DNA of 64,000 nt from a virus, in IMG/VR virus record IMGVR_UViG_3300036785_000296, positions 1-64,000 of that record. The stretch is one strand, 5' to 3'. How positions within the stretch are numbered: position 1 is the first letter of the stretch; each line of letters opens with the position of its first letter. The notes beneath the pieces are model-generated. The model saw only the letters and a list, made by a program, of their open reading frames with translations. It did no database searches and had not been told where the DNA came from. A program made the position numbers and the translations under genes. Positions 35,551-45,546 of this stretch are shown here, piece by piece.

Positions 35551-36225
35551 TCAGTAGCTCGCGAGCGGCTCAGTCCAGTTGCCCGTGCCCCAGCCGCCGA
35601 ACTGGGCCGCTGGCGTCGGACTGTCCCAGGCGAAGATCACCGGCGGCGCCTGATTGTAGATGTTCAGCCTGACGCCCGCTGGCTTGATGTTCACGTAGTT
35701 CTCGGTGATCAGCGACTTCTGCACCGGCGTCAGGCTGGGCGGGATGTAGAGGCTCATCGACATATCGCCGCCGTCCGAGATGTAGAACGTGGCCCCAGGC
35801 GCGAGCGCGGCCAGGATCGCATAGGCGCCGCTGATCGAGCCGTCCCAGTGGTTCGCCAGGATCGTCGCCTTCAGGTAGGCCCGGTAGTCGGCGTCGGAGA
35901 GCGCGTTGAGCGTCGAGCCCGACTCGTAGGGTCCGAACCAGTAGCCGTGGCCCCAGCCGTGCGCCGCATCGCCGCCCCAGGTGAACCAGTCCACGGCGGC
36001 TGGGACCTTCAGGTAGCGGCTCGCGCCGACCCACTGCCCGACGATGTCGAGCTGCTGGCCGACCGCCACGTCGAGGTCGAACAGGCCGGGCATGTCGCAC
36101 TGCTCTTCGATGATCTCGGCGATGGGCTCGATGATCGCCAGGAGCGACGCCATGAAGTTGGGCTTGTCGCTATGTTCTGAAGTGACAAGTCCGGTGTAGG
36201 CGTCGGTGGGCGGCACGTCGGTCAT
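35551..36225 (-). CDS. Baseplate protein, DUF2612 family
   Basis: FDLDVAVGQQLDIVGQWVG...LSDADYR..LKA.I..NHWDG. Confidence 0.9.
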   Translation of the reverse strand: MTDVPPTDAYTGLVTSEHSDKPNFMASLLAIIEPIAEIIEEQCDMPGLFDLDVAVGQQLDIVGQWVGASRYLKVPAAVDWFTWGGDAAHGWGHGYWFGPYESGSTLNALSDADYRAYLKATILANHWDGSISGAYAILAALAPGATFYISDGGDMSMSLYIPPSLTPVQKSLITENYVNIKPAGVRLNIYNQAPPVIFAWDSPTPAAQFGGWGTGNWTEPLASY

Positions 36226-37421
36226 GTGACCAGCGTCAGCGTGATGTTCGCCACCGGCAGGGCGGCCTGCTGGTTCCAGGCGATGGGCACGTCGGCCGTC
36301 GCCAGCGGCTGGCCAGCGAGCGCGATGGTGAGCTGATCGGCCTCGATGGTGTAGGTCCCGCCGCCCTGCGCGTTGGGAAGCCGCGCGGCGGCGAGGAGGT
36401 CGAGCAGGTAGACGTCGCCGCCGACCGGCAGGCCCGCCACCCAGGCCGACATCGCGTTCTGCACCGCTGTCCCGGTCGAGTTCAGGTAGCCCGCGAGCGG
36501 CTTGACGTTGACGGCGGCGATCAGCGTCGCGCCCGGCTGCGCCCGGCTGAAGTTGATCGTATCAGAGACGCCGTTCTGATCGGTCACCACCACCTGGGTG
36601 GTCCCGAAGGTGCCGGTCCCCAGCTTGTTCGTCGCGATGGCGTTGGCGATGTCGGTGTCGAGCCCGCCCGCCACCACGAACGCCACGCTGTGGCCGGGGA
36701 TGCCGTTCGCGTCCGGCCCCGAGGTGTCGTTCTCGTAGCCCTGGACTTCGGTGACGCCCGAGACGTTGGCGACCGCCGCCCACATCGCCTCGAACGGCGT
36801 CTGCGCCGCCAGCGAGGTCGAGACCGCCTGCCGCTGCCGGAGCTGCGCGTCGCTCTCCACGGGGGCGCCGACCGTCGCGGCGGCGGCGTTGGTCACCGAC
36901 GCCCAGCCCTGCGTCGGCGTGACGATCCCTGTGACGGTGCCCGGCCCGGCGATGATCGGCCCAGGCTGGAGCGCCGTCGCGGTGACCGTGATCGAGCCGC
37001 CGACCGGGATATTGACCGTCGCGGGCAGCGCCCACTGGTCGCCCTGCGGCACGCTCTGCACGACGCCGTTGACGATGGTCGTCGGGTTGCCGAACAGCGT
37101 CACGTCCACGGTCGAGTGCGAGGACCCCTGCCGCGTCAGGCCGTTGATCTTGACGTTCGAGCTTAAGCCCGCACCCACCCCCGTGGCCGGGCTGAAGCTG
37201 TTGTAGACCGCGATGGCCGAGCTGTTGGCGTCGTTGATCGCGGCGGCGAACACCGCCAGGAGCTGCCCGTCCTGGCTGTCCGGTTGGAGGTAGGCGTCCG
37301 GCCCGTAGATGTTCTGGTAGCTCGCCACCAGCGAGGCAAGCACGTCGTCGTAGGTCGGGGCGCTGATCCCGGTCGGGGTGACCTGGGCGGCCAGCGTCGG
37401 GAGCGGGTAGGGACCCGGCAT
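36222..37421 (-). CDS. Baseplate J-like protein
   Basis: ESDAQLRQRQ, YENDT...GIPGHS. Confidence 0.92.
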   Translation of the reverse strand: MPGPYPLPTLAAQVTPTGISAPTYDDVLASLVASYQNIYGPDAYLQPDSQDGQLLAVFAAAINDANSSAIAVYNSFSPATGVGAGLSSNVKINGLTRQGSSHSTVDVTLFGNPTTIVNGVVQSVPQGDQWALPATVNIPVGGSITVTATALQPGPIIAGPGTVTGIVTPTQGWASVTNAAAATVGAPVESDAQLRQRQAVSTSLAAQTPFEAMWAAVANVSGVTEVQGYENDTSGPDANGIPGHSVAFVVAGGLDTDIANAIATNKLGTGTFGTTQVVVTDQNGVSDTINFSRAQPGATLIAAVNVKPLAGYLNSTGTAVQNAMSAWVAGLPVGGDVYLLDLLAAARLPNAQGGGTYTIEADQLTIALAGQPLATADVPIAWNQQAALPVANITLTLVT

Positions 37422-37771
37422 CAGAAGACCGTCGCCACGGTGGTCTGCCCGTAGACGGTGTTCACCAGCGCCGCCGCCAGCCAGTTGCGCGCCGAGGTGA
37501 ACTGCGAGGCGTAGGCGACGAGGTCGGTGACCCCCTGCGTGCCCAGGATCACGGCCTGCGCCGCCCGATCAGCGGTGAACCGTCCGCCCTCAGTGAAGAC
37601 CTGGGTCGCGTAGGTCATCCCCACCGTCTTATCGAGAAACCACTCCCCCTGCATCAGCTTGAGCCGGGTCAGGATCGCCTGCCCGACAGCGGCGGGCGAG
37701 TTGACGAGGAAGTTCGCGTCGCCCTGGCCGAAGCTGTAGTCGCCGTTGGCGTCCAGTGCCCGGTATCTCAT
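37421..37771 (-). CDS. Baseplate wedge protein (gp25/W-like)
   Basis: MRYRALDANGDYSFG...TRLKL..GEWFLD. Confidence 0.85.
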   Translation of the reverse strand: MRYRALDANGDYSFGQGDANFLVNSPAAVGQAILTRLKLMQGEWFLDKTVGMTYATQVFTEGGRFTADRAAQAVILGTQGVTDLVAYASQFTSARNWLAAALVNTVYGQTTVATVF

Positions 37772-38262
37772 GCCGCCTCCCTCATCGAGCCGGGCGGGGT
37801 CCCGAGGTTGCAGAACGGGTCCGTGCCGGGGATGTTGATCGACCAGCCGTTGGCCGAGGCGAGGCTCTCAATCGCCGCCGTGGTCGCGGCAAGCTGGCCT
37901 TCGAGCGCCATGAGCTGCGCGTTGAACTTGGCGATGGGCGCGACCATCGGCAGCAGCGCCGCGTTGATGTAGTCGCTGATCCAGGTGACGATCTTGGCCA
38001 GATCGGCCGCAGGCGCGGCCAGCAGCGCCTGGAGCGGCCCCAGGAACGCGAGCTGCGAGGTGATGGTGCTCTTCAGGAGCGCGATGTCGCCGTAGGCCGC
38101 GTCGATCAGCTTCTGAAGCTCGGGCGGGACCTGGGCGTTGGTCGAGCCGTGATAGGCGTTGATCTGCGCCTGGAGGTCGGTGAACCACTGCGTGTTCAGC
38201 GTCGGGAAGCACAGCGGCATCGAGAGCGGATCGATCTCAGGAGAGGTTGGTGATGATCCCAT
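37768..38262 (-). CDS. Hypothetical helical protein in baseplate operon
   Basis: Coupled ORF between spike and wedge genes. Confidence 0.7.
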   Translation of the reverse strand: MGSSPTSPEIDPLSMPLCFPTLNTQWFTDLQAQINAYHGSTNAQVPPELQKLIDAAYGDIALLKSTITSQLAFLGPLQALLAAPAADLAKIVTWISDYINAALLPMVAPIAKFNAQLMALEGQLAATTAAIESLASANGWSINIPGTDPFCNLGTPPGSMREAA

Positions 38263-38920
38263 TCTGCACCGTCACGGTCTGGCCTGTCGGCGTGGTGAAC
38301 GAGCCCGACGCCCCGTTGCCGATCATCGCGCTGGCGCCGACGCTCAGCGATCCGGTGATCGAGACCGCACCGGACTTCGGGTTGAAGGCAAGGCTCTGAG
38401 AGCCATCCACGGAGCGCAGCTCTACTACGTCCGGGGAGGGTAGCCGACCCCCGTGGGTATTAGACGGAACGCGCGGTTGGCTGAACGGGCCAGGGATCAC
38501 GAAGCCGTCCGAGAGATCGTGCATGCGGCACTCGGCAGGCGGCTGCACGCCGCCTTGCTGCCACCACCAATCGATGCCGCGCGAGGCGAAGATGACCAGC
38601 ACCTCGTCGCCCGGCGTCAGCGGGAAGCTCAGTACCGCGCCGCCGCCCTGCGGGAAGACCACCGGGCAATCCATCAGCTTCGGGAAGTTGATGAAGTTGG
38701 TGATGAAGCTGCTGACGCCCTTCTGCTTGTTGTGGAGCTTCGGGTCGTCCACCGGCTGGGTGAAGCGCGCCTGGATCGCAACCTGCACCTCACACGTCAT
38801 GGCGGTCGGGTTGTAGGTGAGGATGAGCCCCGGCATGGCGGTCCACATCCGCGCCTGGAGCCCGGCCAGCGCAAGCCGGAGGTTCTCCTGGGGTTCGTTG
38901 GCGACCTCGCGCAAGTCCAT
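38237..38920 (-). CDS. Baseplate spike (Gp138/gpV-like)
   Basis: TAMPG...PVVFPQGGG...GDE.LVIF..R.ID.WWQ..G...RMHDLSD. Confidence 0.9.
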   Translation of the reverse strand: MDLREVANEPQENLRLALAGLQARMWTAMPGLILTYNPTAMTCEVQVAIQARFTQPVDDPKLHNKQKGVSSFITNFINFPKLMDCPVVFPQGGGAVLSFPLTPGDEVLVIFASRGIDWWWQQGGVQPPAECRMHDLSDGFVIPGPFSQPRVPSNTHGGRLPSPDVVELRSVDGSQSLAFNPKSGAVSITGSLSVGASAMIGNGASGSFTTPTGQTVTVQNGIITNLS

Positions 38921-39894
38921 CAGGAGAGCCCGGTGTGGCCGGTCGAGACGACATACGGCGTAGTCTGTGCCTGCTGGGGGTCGGTCGAGAGGCAGAGAAG
39001 GTCGGAGTACCAGTCGTTGCCGCGCGTGTCGCCTGAGTGGGTGATCTCGATGATCCGGTACATGCCGTCCGCGCTGATGATCGTCCGACTGCCTTCGGCG
39101 GCGAGGCCAGCTTGGTTTGCAACCGCACCCTCTCCGAAGACTAGATTGAGCTGCTGCTGGAGCGTGTCCCCATTGTTGATGCGGACGCGCTGATGACACT
39201 CCAGCCGCCCGTTGAGCAGGACTTGGACGCGGACGCCTTCGTCGGTCTGCTCGGGCCAGTTGACCATGCCGGTGGCGCCGTTGATCTCGACCGGGTCCAG
39301 CGAGGAGTAGCCGTTGTAGGGGACGATGACGATCTTGCCCCTCTGGATCGACCACGTACACATCATGTGCATCGCCTGATCGCGGGCGGCGTCGTCGCCG
39401 TTGGTGAAGAGGGTCCTGCCGCGCGGGCTTTGGTTTCGCAGCTCCTGCGGAAGCTGGTCTTCACTCGGCATCTGGCCGATGGGCAGCTTCAGCGCCTTGG
39501 CGATGGCCTCCCAGCGCTGCTGATAGGTCGAGCCGTTGCCTATGGCGGCGTAGACCATCTGGTAGGCGAGCGCCCGGTCGCCATCAATCGCCGTGATATC
39601 GATGTAGCGCTCGGCCTTGTCGCCGTCCCAGCCGCGCCGGACCTGAACGATGGTGCCCTCGAAGATGGTCGGCGGGTTCTCCTCGTAGCCCGCGTTCAGG
39701 ATCAGGTCGGTGAACTCACCCTGTACGCGCCCCACGTTCCGCTCATCGAGATTGTAGAGCCGGACGTTGCAGATGTTGCCGGTCTGCATGACCCACGAGG
39801 TGGTCGAGAAGGTGAAGTGCATATCCGAGACGTCGAGCCCGGCTTGGTTGCTGGTGAGGGCGAGCTGAACGTGCCGGAGATATTGCTGCGTCAT
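38920..39894 (-). CDS. Baseplate hub protein
   Basis: YNL...LNAGYE...IFEG...DGD...TGM..WP...GDTRGNDWY. Confidence 0.88.
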   Translation of the reverse strand: MTQQYLRHVQLALTSNQAGLDVSDMHFTFSTTSWVMQTGNICNVRLYNLDERNVGRVQGEFTDLILNAGYEENPPTIFEGTIVQVRRGWDGDKAERYIDITAIDGDRALAYQMVYAAIGNGSTYQQRWEAIAKALKLPIGQMPSEDQLPQELRNQSPRGRTLFTNGDDAARDQAMHMMCTWSIQRGKIVIVPYNGYSSLDPVEINGATGMVNWPEQTDEGVRVQVLLNGRLECHQRVRINNGDTLQQQLNLVFGEGAVANQAGLAAEGSRTIISADGMYRIIEITHSGDTRGNDWYSDLLCLSTDPQQAQTTPYVVSTGHTGLS

Positions 39895-40205
39895 GGCGTC
39901 ACCCAGTACATCGGACAGTCCGTCCCCAGGTTGTCGAAGGTCGGGTCAGCGGTCGGGTCCTGCGCCGTCTGCATCCACAGCTCGCCGATGAAGCCCAGGT
40001 AGCCGTACTGTTCAAGCAAATCGTGGCCCGCGACCATCGGGACGCCCTGCACCAGCGGATTGCCGCCGCCGTCGCCGATATCCAAGAACCAGCCGCCCAT
40101 GCCGCAGGGGTCGTCGCGCCAGACGATCTGGAAGGTGTAGGGCAGGCCGAGCGAGATCGTGAAGCGCTCGTTGACGCCAATCAGGGGGATGACGGCGACC
40201 GCCAC
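39891..40205 (-). CDS. Baseplate plug-like protein
   Basis: WFLDI...LVQGVPMVAG.DLL.QY.YLGF. Confidence 0.8.
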   Translation of the reverse strand: MAVAVIPLIGVNERFTISLGLPYTFQIVWRDDPCGMGGWFLDIGDGGGNPLVQGVPMVAGHDLLEQYGYLGFIGELWMQTAQDPTADPTFDNLGTDCPMYWVTP

Positions 40206-40891
40206 TAGATGACCGCTGGGACGGTGGCGCCGCTCGCCTGCGCCTGCTTGGGGCCGCCCTGAGAGACGCCGGAGGTCTTCTGCGGGTCGGCCTGCTTCCC
40301 CGCCGATGGCGGCCCCGGCGTGAAGGGGTTCAGTTCCCCGGTTTTCACGATGATGACCTCCTGGCAAGAAATCTGGAGCATGAGCGCATGCTCGGTCGAC
40401 TGGTCGTTCGTCATGCTGATGCTCGCCATCAGCATGTTCTCGTAGAGCCGCTTGCCGGTCTGGATCGGGAAGGTGAGGCGCGACTTCTGGAGATCGCGGA
40501 GCTGATCGTAGACGTGCTGGACGTAGCCCTCGCCCCACGACTGCGACTGAGCGTTCGTCGTCATCATGGTGAGATCGAGCCGCGCAGGCTCCATGAAGGA
40601 GTGGTCGGTGATCTGCGCGCCAGCCGCCACCGGGTGCTGGGTGATCTGAAGCGTGTCGGTGCCGCTCTCCCTGATCGTCATCAGGGCGGTGACCGGCCCC
40701 AGGTAGCGGAACTTGTCGCCCCAGACCCCGCCGTTGCCCGCGTTGCCCGCCAGGAGCGCACCCAGCAGACCGGGCAGGGCGAGGTTGACATTGAGCGGCC
40801 CGATGGTGACCGGCTGCACCACGCCGGGCGCCGGCGTCGGCTGAAGCCGAAGCGCCCGACCGCCCACAAGCACGAGGGGCTGCTGGTTCAC
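40205..40891 (-). CDS. Distal tail (Dit-like) baseplate protein
   Basis: ITQHPV..GA.ITDH...QTGKRLYENML. Confidence 0.85.
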   Translation of the reverse strand: MNQQPLVLVGGRALRLQPTPAPGVVQPVTIGPLNVNLALPGLLGALLAGNAGNGGVWGDKFRYLGPVTALMTIRESGTDTLQITQHPVAAGAQITDHSFMEPARLDLTMMTTNAQSQSWGEGYVQHVYDQLRDLQKSRLTFPIQTGKRLYENMLMASISMTNDQSTEHALMLQISCQEVIIVKTGELNPFTPGPPSAGKQADPQKTSGVSQGGPKQAQASGATVPAVI

Positions 40892-42564
40892 GCTACCGCC
40901 CTTGGCCGCGTGTGCCGCGCATTGAGGTGGCGATTAATCTCGCGCATGGTGCCGGGCGGGTCGGTGGCGCGGATGTTGAAGTTGTTGGTCTGGGAGCCGA
41001 TGGTCGGGCCGCCCCCAAGCGAACTCAGGTAGACGAGGCCTCGCCGGATGTCGCCCTCCGCCTGAACATGGCCCTCACCCTTCTTGTCCGGCCGCATGAC
41101 GTTGTAGACGTAGGCATGCTGCGCCTGCGCGGCGGTCACGGCGGCACGCACCGAGGCCCAGCCTGGGTCGGTCTGGTCGAGGGTGTTCAGGTACTCGATC
41201 ATGTGGCCAAACTTCTCTTCGGTGGTGCCGCCTGCCCCGTACTTTTTGAGGTAGCCAGCCTTGCGCGTCCCGAGGAGCTGCTCGATCCCGAGCGCGCCGT
41301 ATCCTTTGGGACCGATGGCGGTTGGCGTGCCACCTTCGCCGAGGACGCCCATCGCAATGCCGCGCGCCTGCTGAGCCGTCCACTTGCCGGACGCGATCAG
41401 CGCCGCCTCGACGCGGTGCGCCCAATAGAGCTTGTAGGCCGCCGTCTCGCCCTTGCCCCGCCCGAGGCGCGGCGGCGCGGCGCCTGACGGCGGCGGTTGC
41501 GGCGGCGGCGCAGCGTGCGTCGGGGCGTCGTGAGGATGGGTCGGCGGCGGCGGCGGCGTCGGCGAGCCAGCGCCAGCGCCGTGATGGGTCGGCGCCGGAG
41601 GCTTGGCCCCGCCGCCAGCACCGGCAGCGCCTCCGAAGCCTGCGAAGCCTCCCCAGCCCGCAAAGCTCGCGGCGGCTTGGCTGATCCCGGTCCCAATCGC
41701 GCTGGGGAGGATCAGGTTCTGCGGGACGCCCTTGGCGGTCGCGTCGGCCCAAGACCTAGCGATGCCTTCGATCCCGCGCGCGACGCCGGAAAGAGAGTTG
41801 GCGAACTGGACCCCGACCTGCACGCCCTGCGTCATCAGGCCCAGGAAGGGGTCGAGCGCGCCGATCTTGAGGTTGCGGACGTCCTCACCCAGTTCGCGCA
41901 TCGCGGTCGAGGTGGCGTTGGCGTCCTTGGTCGTCTGGTCGAGGTTGGCGCCGAAGTCCTTCTGGCTCTTGATGCTTTGGTCCCAGAACTGCTTGCTCTT
42001 CGAGGGGTCCCATTGGCTGACATCGCCGAAAGTGATCGGGAGACCGGACGCCTGTAGCAGCGCTGCCGTGCGCGACTGTTCGGCTGGGGTGCCGTGCGCG
42101 CCCCTGGCGAGCGCGTCCATCATCTTGCGGCTGGCGACCTCCGGCTTATCGGAGGGCAGCACGCCGGCGCCCGGCGCGACCGAGTTGGCCCACTGCGCGA
42201 AGGCCACCGGCTGCATCAAGGCCTTTTTCTGCTCTAGGTACTCGCCGAACGCCTGTCCCTTTTCCGGCGCGAGACCCATCTGCTTGTAGACGTAGGACAG
42301 CGCCGAGATGTTCTGGGCGGTGTCCTGCAAGCGGCGGCCAGCGAAGTAGAGCTGATCGAGCTGCGAGGTCAGCGCCAGCACGCCCTTCACCATCTTGGCC
42401 GCGTCCTTGCCGACGCTTTCGGCCACGTCGGACCAGATGTTGCCGAAGGCGACCGCCTGGGTGGCGTTGCTCTTCAGGGCCTTGGTGAAGTCGCCGAGGG
42501 TCTTCTGATCGACCTTGAAGCCAAGCTCCGCGAGGAACTCCTGAATGACCGTGGAGTCAGGCAT
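40888..42564 (-). CDS. Tape measure protein with C-terminal lysozyme-like domain
   Basis: EFLAELGFKVD N-terminus; QARGI...E...GALGIEQ.LG.R. Confidence 0.8.
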   Translation of the reverse strand: MPDSTVIQEFLAELGFKVDQKTLGDFTKALKSNATQAVAFGNIWSDVAESVGKDAAKMVKGVLALTSQLDQLYFAGRRLQDTAQNISALSYVYKQMGLAPEKGQAFGEYLEQKKALMQPVAFAQWANSVAPGAGVLPSDKPEVASRKMMDALARGAHGTPAEQSRTAALLQASGLPITFGDVSQWDPSKSKQFWDQSIKSQKDFGANLDQTTKDANATSTAMRELGEDVRNLKIGALDPFLGLMTQGVQVGVQFANSLSGVARGIEGIARSWADATAKGVPQNLILPSAIGTGISQAAASFAGWGGFAGFGGAAGAGGGAKPPAPTHHGAGAGSPTPPPPPTHPHDAPTHAAPPPQPPPSGAAPPRLGRGKGETAAYKLYWAHRVEAALIASGKWTAQQARGIAMGVLGEGGTPTAIGPKGYGALGIEQLLGTRKAGYLKKYGAGGTTEEKFGHMIEYLNTLDQTDPGWASVRAAVTAAQAQHAYVYNVMRPDKKGEGHVQAEGDIRRGLVYLSSLGGGPTIGSQTNNFNIRATDPPGTMREINRHLNARHTRPRAVA

Positions 42565-42730
42565 CGTCCTTCGTGGCCTCGTTCAGGCGGAAGTCGTTCT
42601 CGTCCTGCGCGTCCAGGGCGTTGTTGCAGTCCCAAATGAACTCCAGCTTGACGCTCGGGTCCAGCAGGCTCTCGGCCTTCAGCATACCCCGAAGCACGGG
42701 CCGCCATAGCCAGTCCTCGTCGTCCGGCAT
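42557..42730 (-). CDS. Tail assembly chaperone, frameshifted C-terminal part (GT-like)
   Basis: Hand translation MPDDEDWLWRPVLRGML..ESLLD...NNALD...EN; reachable by -1 slip. Confidence 0.75.
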   Translation of the reverse strand: MPDDEDWLWRPVLRGMLKAESLLDPSVKLEFIWDCNNALDAQDENDFRLNEATKDDA

Positions 42731-42768
42731 CGAGACCGGCTCGAAGCCGGCGGGCGTCTTTCGCCGAC

Positions 42769-43188
42769 TTACGAAGCTAGGGCTCCGGCGGGAATAAAAC
42801 CCCCGGCGTTCTCCAGCACCGCCTGGATCACCAGCCTCACCATCAGCGGCATCGTGATCCAGTCGAACATGAAGCTCGTGCCAAGCGTGATCGGCGCGAG
42901 CGCGTTGCCCTGCTCTGGGAGCCTCACCTGAACGACCGACAGCGAGGTGAAGATCACGTAGTTGGCGTCGGCTTCCGGCATCTCGGCGAGCGCCTTGGCG
43001 ACGGGCTCAACGAGCTGCGCCACCATCTCCAGATCGTTCTCATCGAAGATCACTGCGCCGGTGATGAACGGGATGAAGTCCTTCAGCGAGCCGACCAGCG
43101 GCGCGATCTTGCGGACGATGTGGAAAGCCCGGAGCGGGTCGAGGGTGCCGATGACGAACTGGCGTCCGTCCGATGGGTATTCGCGCAA
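42769..43188 (-). CDS. Tail assembly chaperone (G-like)
   Basis: Between tube and tape measure; FHIVRKIAP. Confidence 0.8.
   Translation of the reverse strand: MREYPSDGRQFVIGTLDPLRAFHIVRKIAPLVGSLKDFIPFITGAVIFDENDLEMVAQLVEPVAKALAEMPEADANYVIFTSLSVVQVRLPEQGNALAPITLGTSFMFDWITMPLMVRLVIQAVLENAGGFIPAGALAS
42796..42802 (-). other. -1 programmed frameshift slippery site G GGT TTT
   Basis: XXXYYYZ heptamer in correct phase; -1 frame open to stop at 42557. Confidence 0.75.
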
Positions 43189-43196
43189 GTGTCACC

Positions 43197-43727
43197 CTAT
43201 CCAGGGAGCGGGATGCTTATCCCTGTGCCGCCGAGGCCAGGGATTGCAACCCCCAGCGTGATGGCGCCGAGCTGCGGCGAGCCCGAGCCGATCAGGTCGT
43301 CGCGGCTGATGGCGTCGAACACCCACTCCATGATCCCGCCGTCCTTCGAGTAGGCGACCGGCGCCTGCTTGGCGAAGGCGCAGTTGCGGAGCGTGATCTG
43401 GTCGCCGCGCGCGAAGTCCTGCACCGTGATCAGGTTCTGGCCCCACATCGCGCTCGACTGTTGCTGGAAGTTGTAGACCGCCGAGAGCTGCGCGTTGGCC
43501 GGGCTGGTCTTCAGCAGCCGGACGGTCGCCCTGGCCGCCTTCGAGGCGTGCAGCGAGTGCATCCCGCTGCCGTCCGCCCCGATGGTCATGGTGTTCTTGT
43601 CCTCCATCATGTCCACGGTGATGCCTTCGTCAGCGTTGCCGACGCCGGAGCCCAGCGAGAACGAGCCGCCGGGCCCGCTGAACGACACCTTCACGTCCGT
43701 GAAACTATAAGTTTGTGACGCAGCCAT
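43197..43727 (-). CDS. Tail tube protein (DUF3277-like)
   Basis: YSF.DV...EGITV...TMTIGADG..MHSL...LLKTSP.N. Confidence 0.88.
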   Translation of the reverse strand: MAASQTYSFTDVKVSFSGPGGSFSLGSGVGNADEGITVDMMEDKNTMTIGADGSGMHSLHASKAARATVRLLKTSPANAQLSAVYNFQQQSSAMWGQNLITVQDFARGDQITLRNCAFAKQAPVAYSKDGGIMEWVFDAISRDDLIGSGSPQLGAITLGVAIPGLGGTGISIPLPG

Positions 43728-43737
43728 CGCTCAGCTC

Positions 43738-45321
43738 CTACGGGTTGACAGTGACTGCTATGTTCGCCGTGTGGACCGCCCCGGCCGTCTTCGCCGCCAC
43801 CTGATAGGGCACGCTCTTTCGCGCCGCCCGGTCGGCCTGCGCTTGGCTGATGATCGGCGGCGTGTAGACGTAGTAGCCCTTCGACAGGTAGCTGCCGTTG
43901 GTGATCTGGCCGAACCCGCCAGCGTTCCACTGCCCAGGCCCGATGTAGCCGTTGGTCACGTACTGCGCGCAGGCCGCCTCGATGGCGTTGGCGCCCTGGT
44001 GGTTGCCGCCGTCCGTCTGCGGCAGCTTCGGCACGCCCGCCAGGAGGTTGAAGTAGTCCACCTGAATGGAGTTGCAGAGCCCGTCCGCGCCGAAAATCTC
44101 GTCAACGAAGATTTCGTTCGCGCCGCTGCCGGGCGTGATCGAGGTGCAGATCATGCAGCCGTTCACCACCACCGGCACGCCGTTGTTGAACACCGCGTAG
44201 TAGTTGTAGCCCGAGGCATCGAGCGCGTTCGCCTGGGTCGCGGTGAGCTGCTCGGGCGTGATCCCCGGCTCCTGCTTGTAGGCCGCCGTGATCATCGTGT
44301 TCGCGCCGCGCAGGTTCACCGTCGCGAAGAGCGCGATCAGCGAGCACGCCGCGAAGCTGCACGCCGCCCAGGCGCTGCCGAAGGTGCTGGAGAAGTTCGG
44401 CGGGTTGCTCGACCACTGCACGAAGGTGCGCTGGTAGCCCGAGTTGTGCAGCACGGTCCCCACGTCGGTGCCGACCGCCGCGTTGAGCGCGTTCGGGTCG
44501 TTCGTGGTCAGGCCGTAGATGTGCGGCGCGGCGGTCTGGGTGGCCGCCTCGATGTACGCCGCGATGGCCTCGACGTCGGCGACCGCGAGGTGCGGGCAGG
44601 CGTCGGTGTTCAGCGCGTACCAGTAGGTCGCCTGCTGGTCGCAGGCCTGCACCGCCTGGAGCGCCGTCTCGGCCGCGATGCCGCTGATCGACTGGCCGCC
44701 GCTCGCGGCATTGGTATTCAGCAACGGGCCGAGGTCCGTGCCAGCGGTCGGCGCCGTGGTGACCGACATCGAGGAGGCGGGCCCGCTGGTGCCCGACTTC
44801 AGCACGAACTGCTGGCCGTTCCACGTACACGTCGAGCCCGCGAGCCCGCTCTGCATCGCGGCCTGGATCAGGGCGGCGACCGCATTGAGGTTCGCCGCCG
44901 TCGCGAGGTTGACCCCGGTCACGTTGACCGCCGCGCCGCCGTTCATGGCGACGTGGAAGCCGCCGTTCACGACGCCGGTGAAGTTGCTCATCGCCTGCTC
45001 GGCGCTCGTCAGCGGGGCGCCGAGGCAGCGCCCGGCGCTCGCCTGCTGGGCCCAGCGGCCGATGTAGAGCAGGTTCGGCTGCGGCAACTGGGAGAAGAAC
45101 GCCTGCGCGGCGAGGTACTCGGGCGGCCATGCGCCGCCGACCTGGGGGAACGCCTGGGCGACCGCGCTCAGCGAGTTGAACGACATGATCCGGCTGACGG
45201 GATCGATCACGGTGCTTTCGCCAAGGATCAGCGTCGAGTTGAGGTTGGCGAAGCCCGCCAGGGCGGCGGAAAGGCTCAGACTGACGTTGATCAGCCGGGA
45301 GGTGGACAGACCCTGCGGCAT
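43738..45321 (-). CDS. Tail sheath protein (DUF3383)
   Basis: PEYLAA..FFSQ.PQP..LYIGRW; PQTDGG; KGYY; RAARKS. Confidence 0.92.
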   Translation of the reverse strand: MPQGLSTSRLINVSLSLSAALAGFANLNSTLILGESTVIDPVSRIMSFNSLSAVAQAFPQVGGAWPPEYLAAQAFFSQLPQPNLLYIGRWAQQASAGRCLGAPLTSAEQAMSNFTGVVNGGFHVAMNGGAAVNVTGVNLATAANLNAVAALIQAAMQSGLAGSTCTWNGQQFVLKSGTSGPASSMSVTTAPTAGTDLGPLLNTNAASGGQSISGIAAETALQAVQACDQQATYWYALNTDACPHLAVADVEAIAAYIEAATQTAAPHIYGLTTNDPNALNAAVGTDVGTVLHNSGYQRTFVQWSSNPPNFSSTFGSAWAACSFAACSLIALFATVNLRGANTMITAAYKQEPGITPEQLTATQANALDASGYNYYAVFNNGVPVVVNGCMICTSITPGSGANEIFVDEIFGADGLCNSIQVDYFNLLAGVPKLPQTDGGNHQGANAIEAACAQYVTNGYIGPGQWNAGGFGQITNGSYLSKGYYVYTPPIISQAQADRAARKSVPYQVAAKTAGAVHTANIAVTVNP

Positions 45322-45324
45322 CGA

Positions 45325-45546
45325 TCAGCTCCTCTTCGACCGCGTCGGGTGCTGCGGCTCGTCGTCAGGATGGTCGGCAAGACCCTCCATCGGATGATCC
45401 TCGCCGCTTGGGCCGCGCGCCTCGACCACGTACTGCGGCATCGCGCCTGCGACCTCGTCCGTGTAGTAGCGCTTGCCGGCTGGGACGCTCAGCGTGCGGT
45501 AGCCGAGATCGAGTGGGAAGGCGACCGGAACATCGCACTCTTTCAT
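45325..45546 (-). CDS. Hypothetical protein
   Basis: ATGA-coupled in neck region. Confidence 0.55.
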   Translation of the reverse strand: MKECDVPVAFPLDLGYRTLSVPAGKRYYTDEVAGAMPQYVVEARGPSGEDHPMEGLADHPDDEPQHPTRSKRS

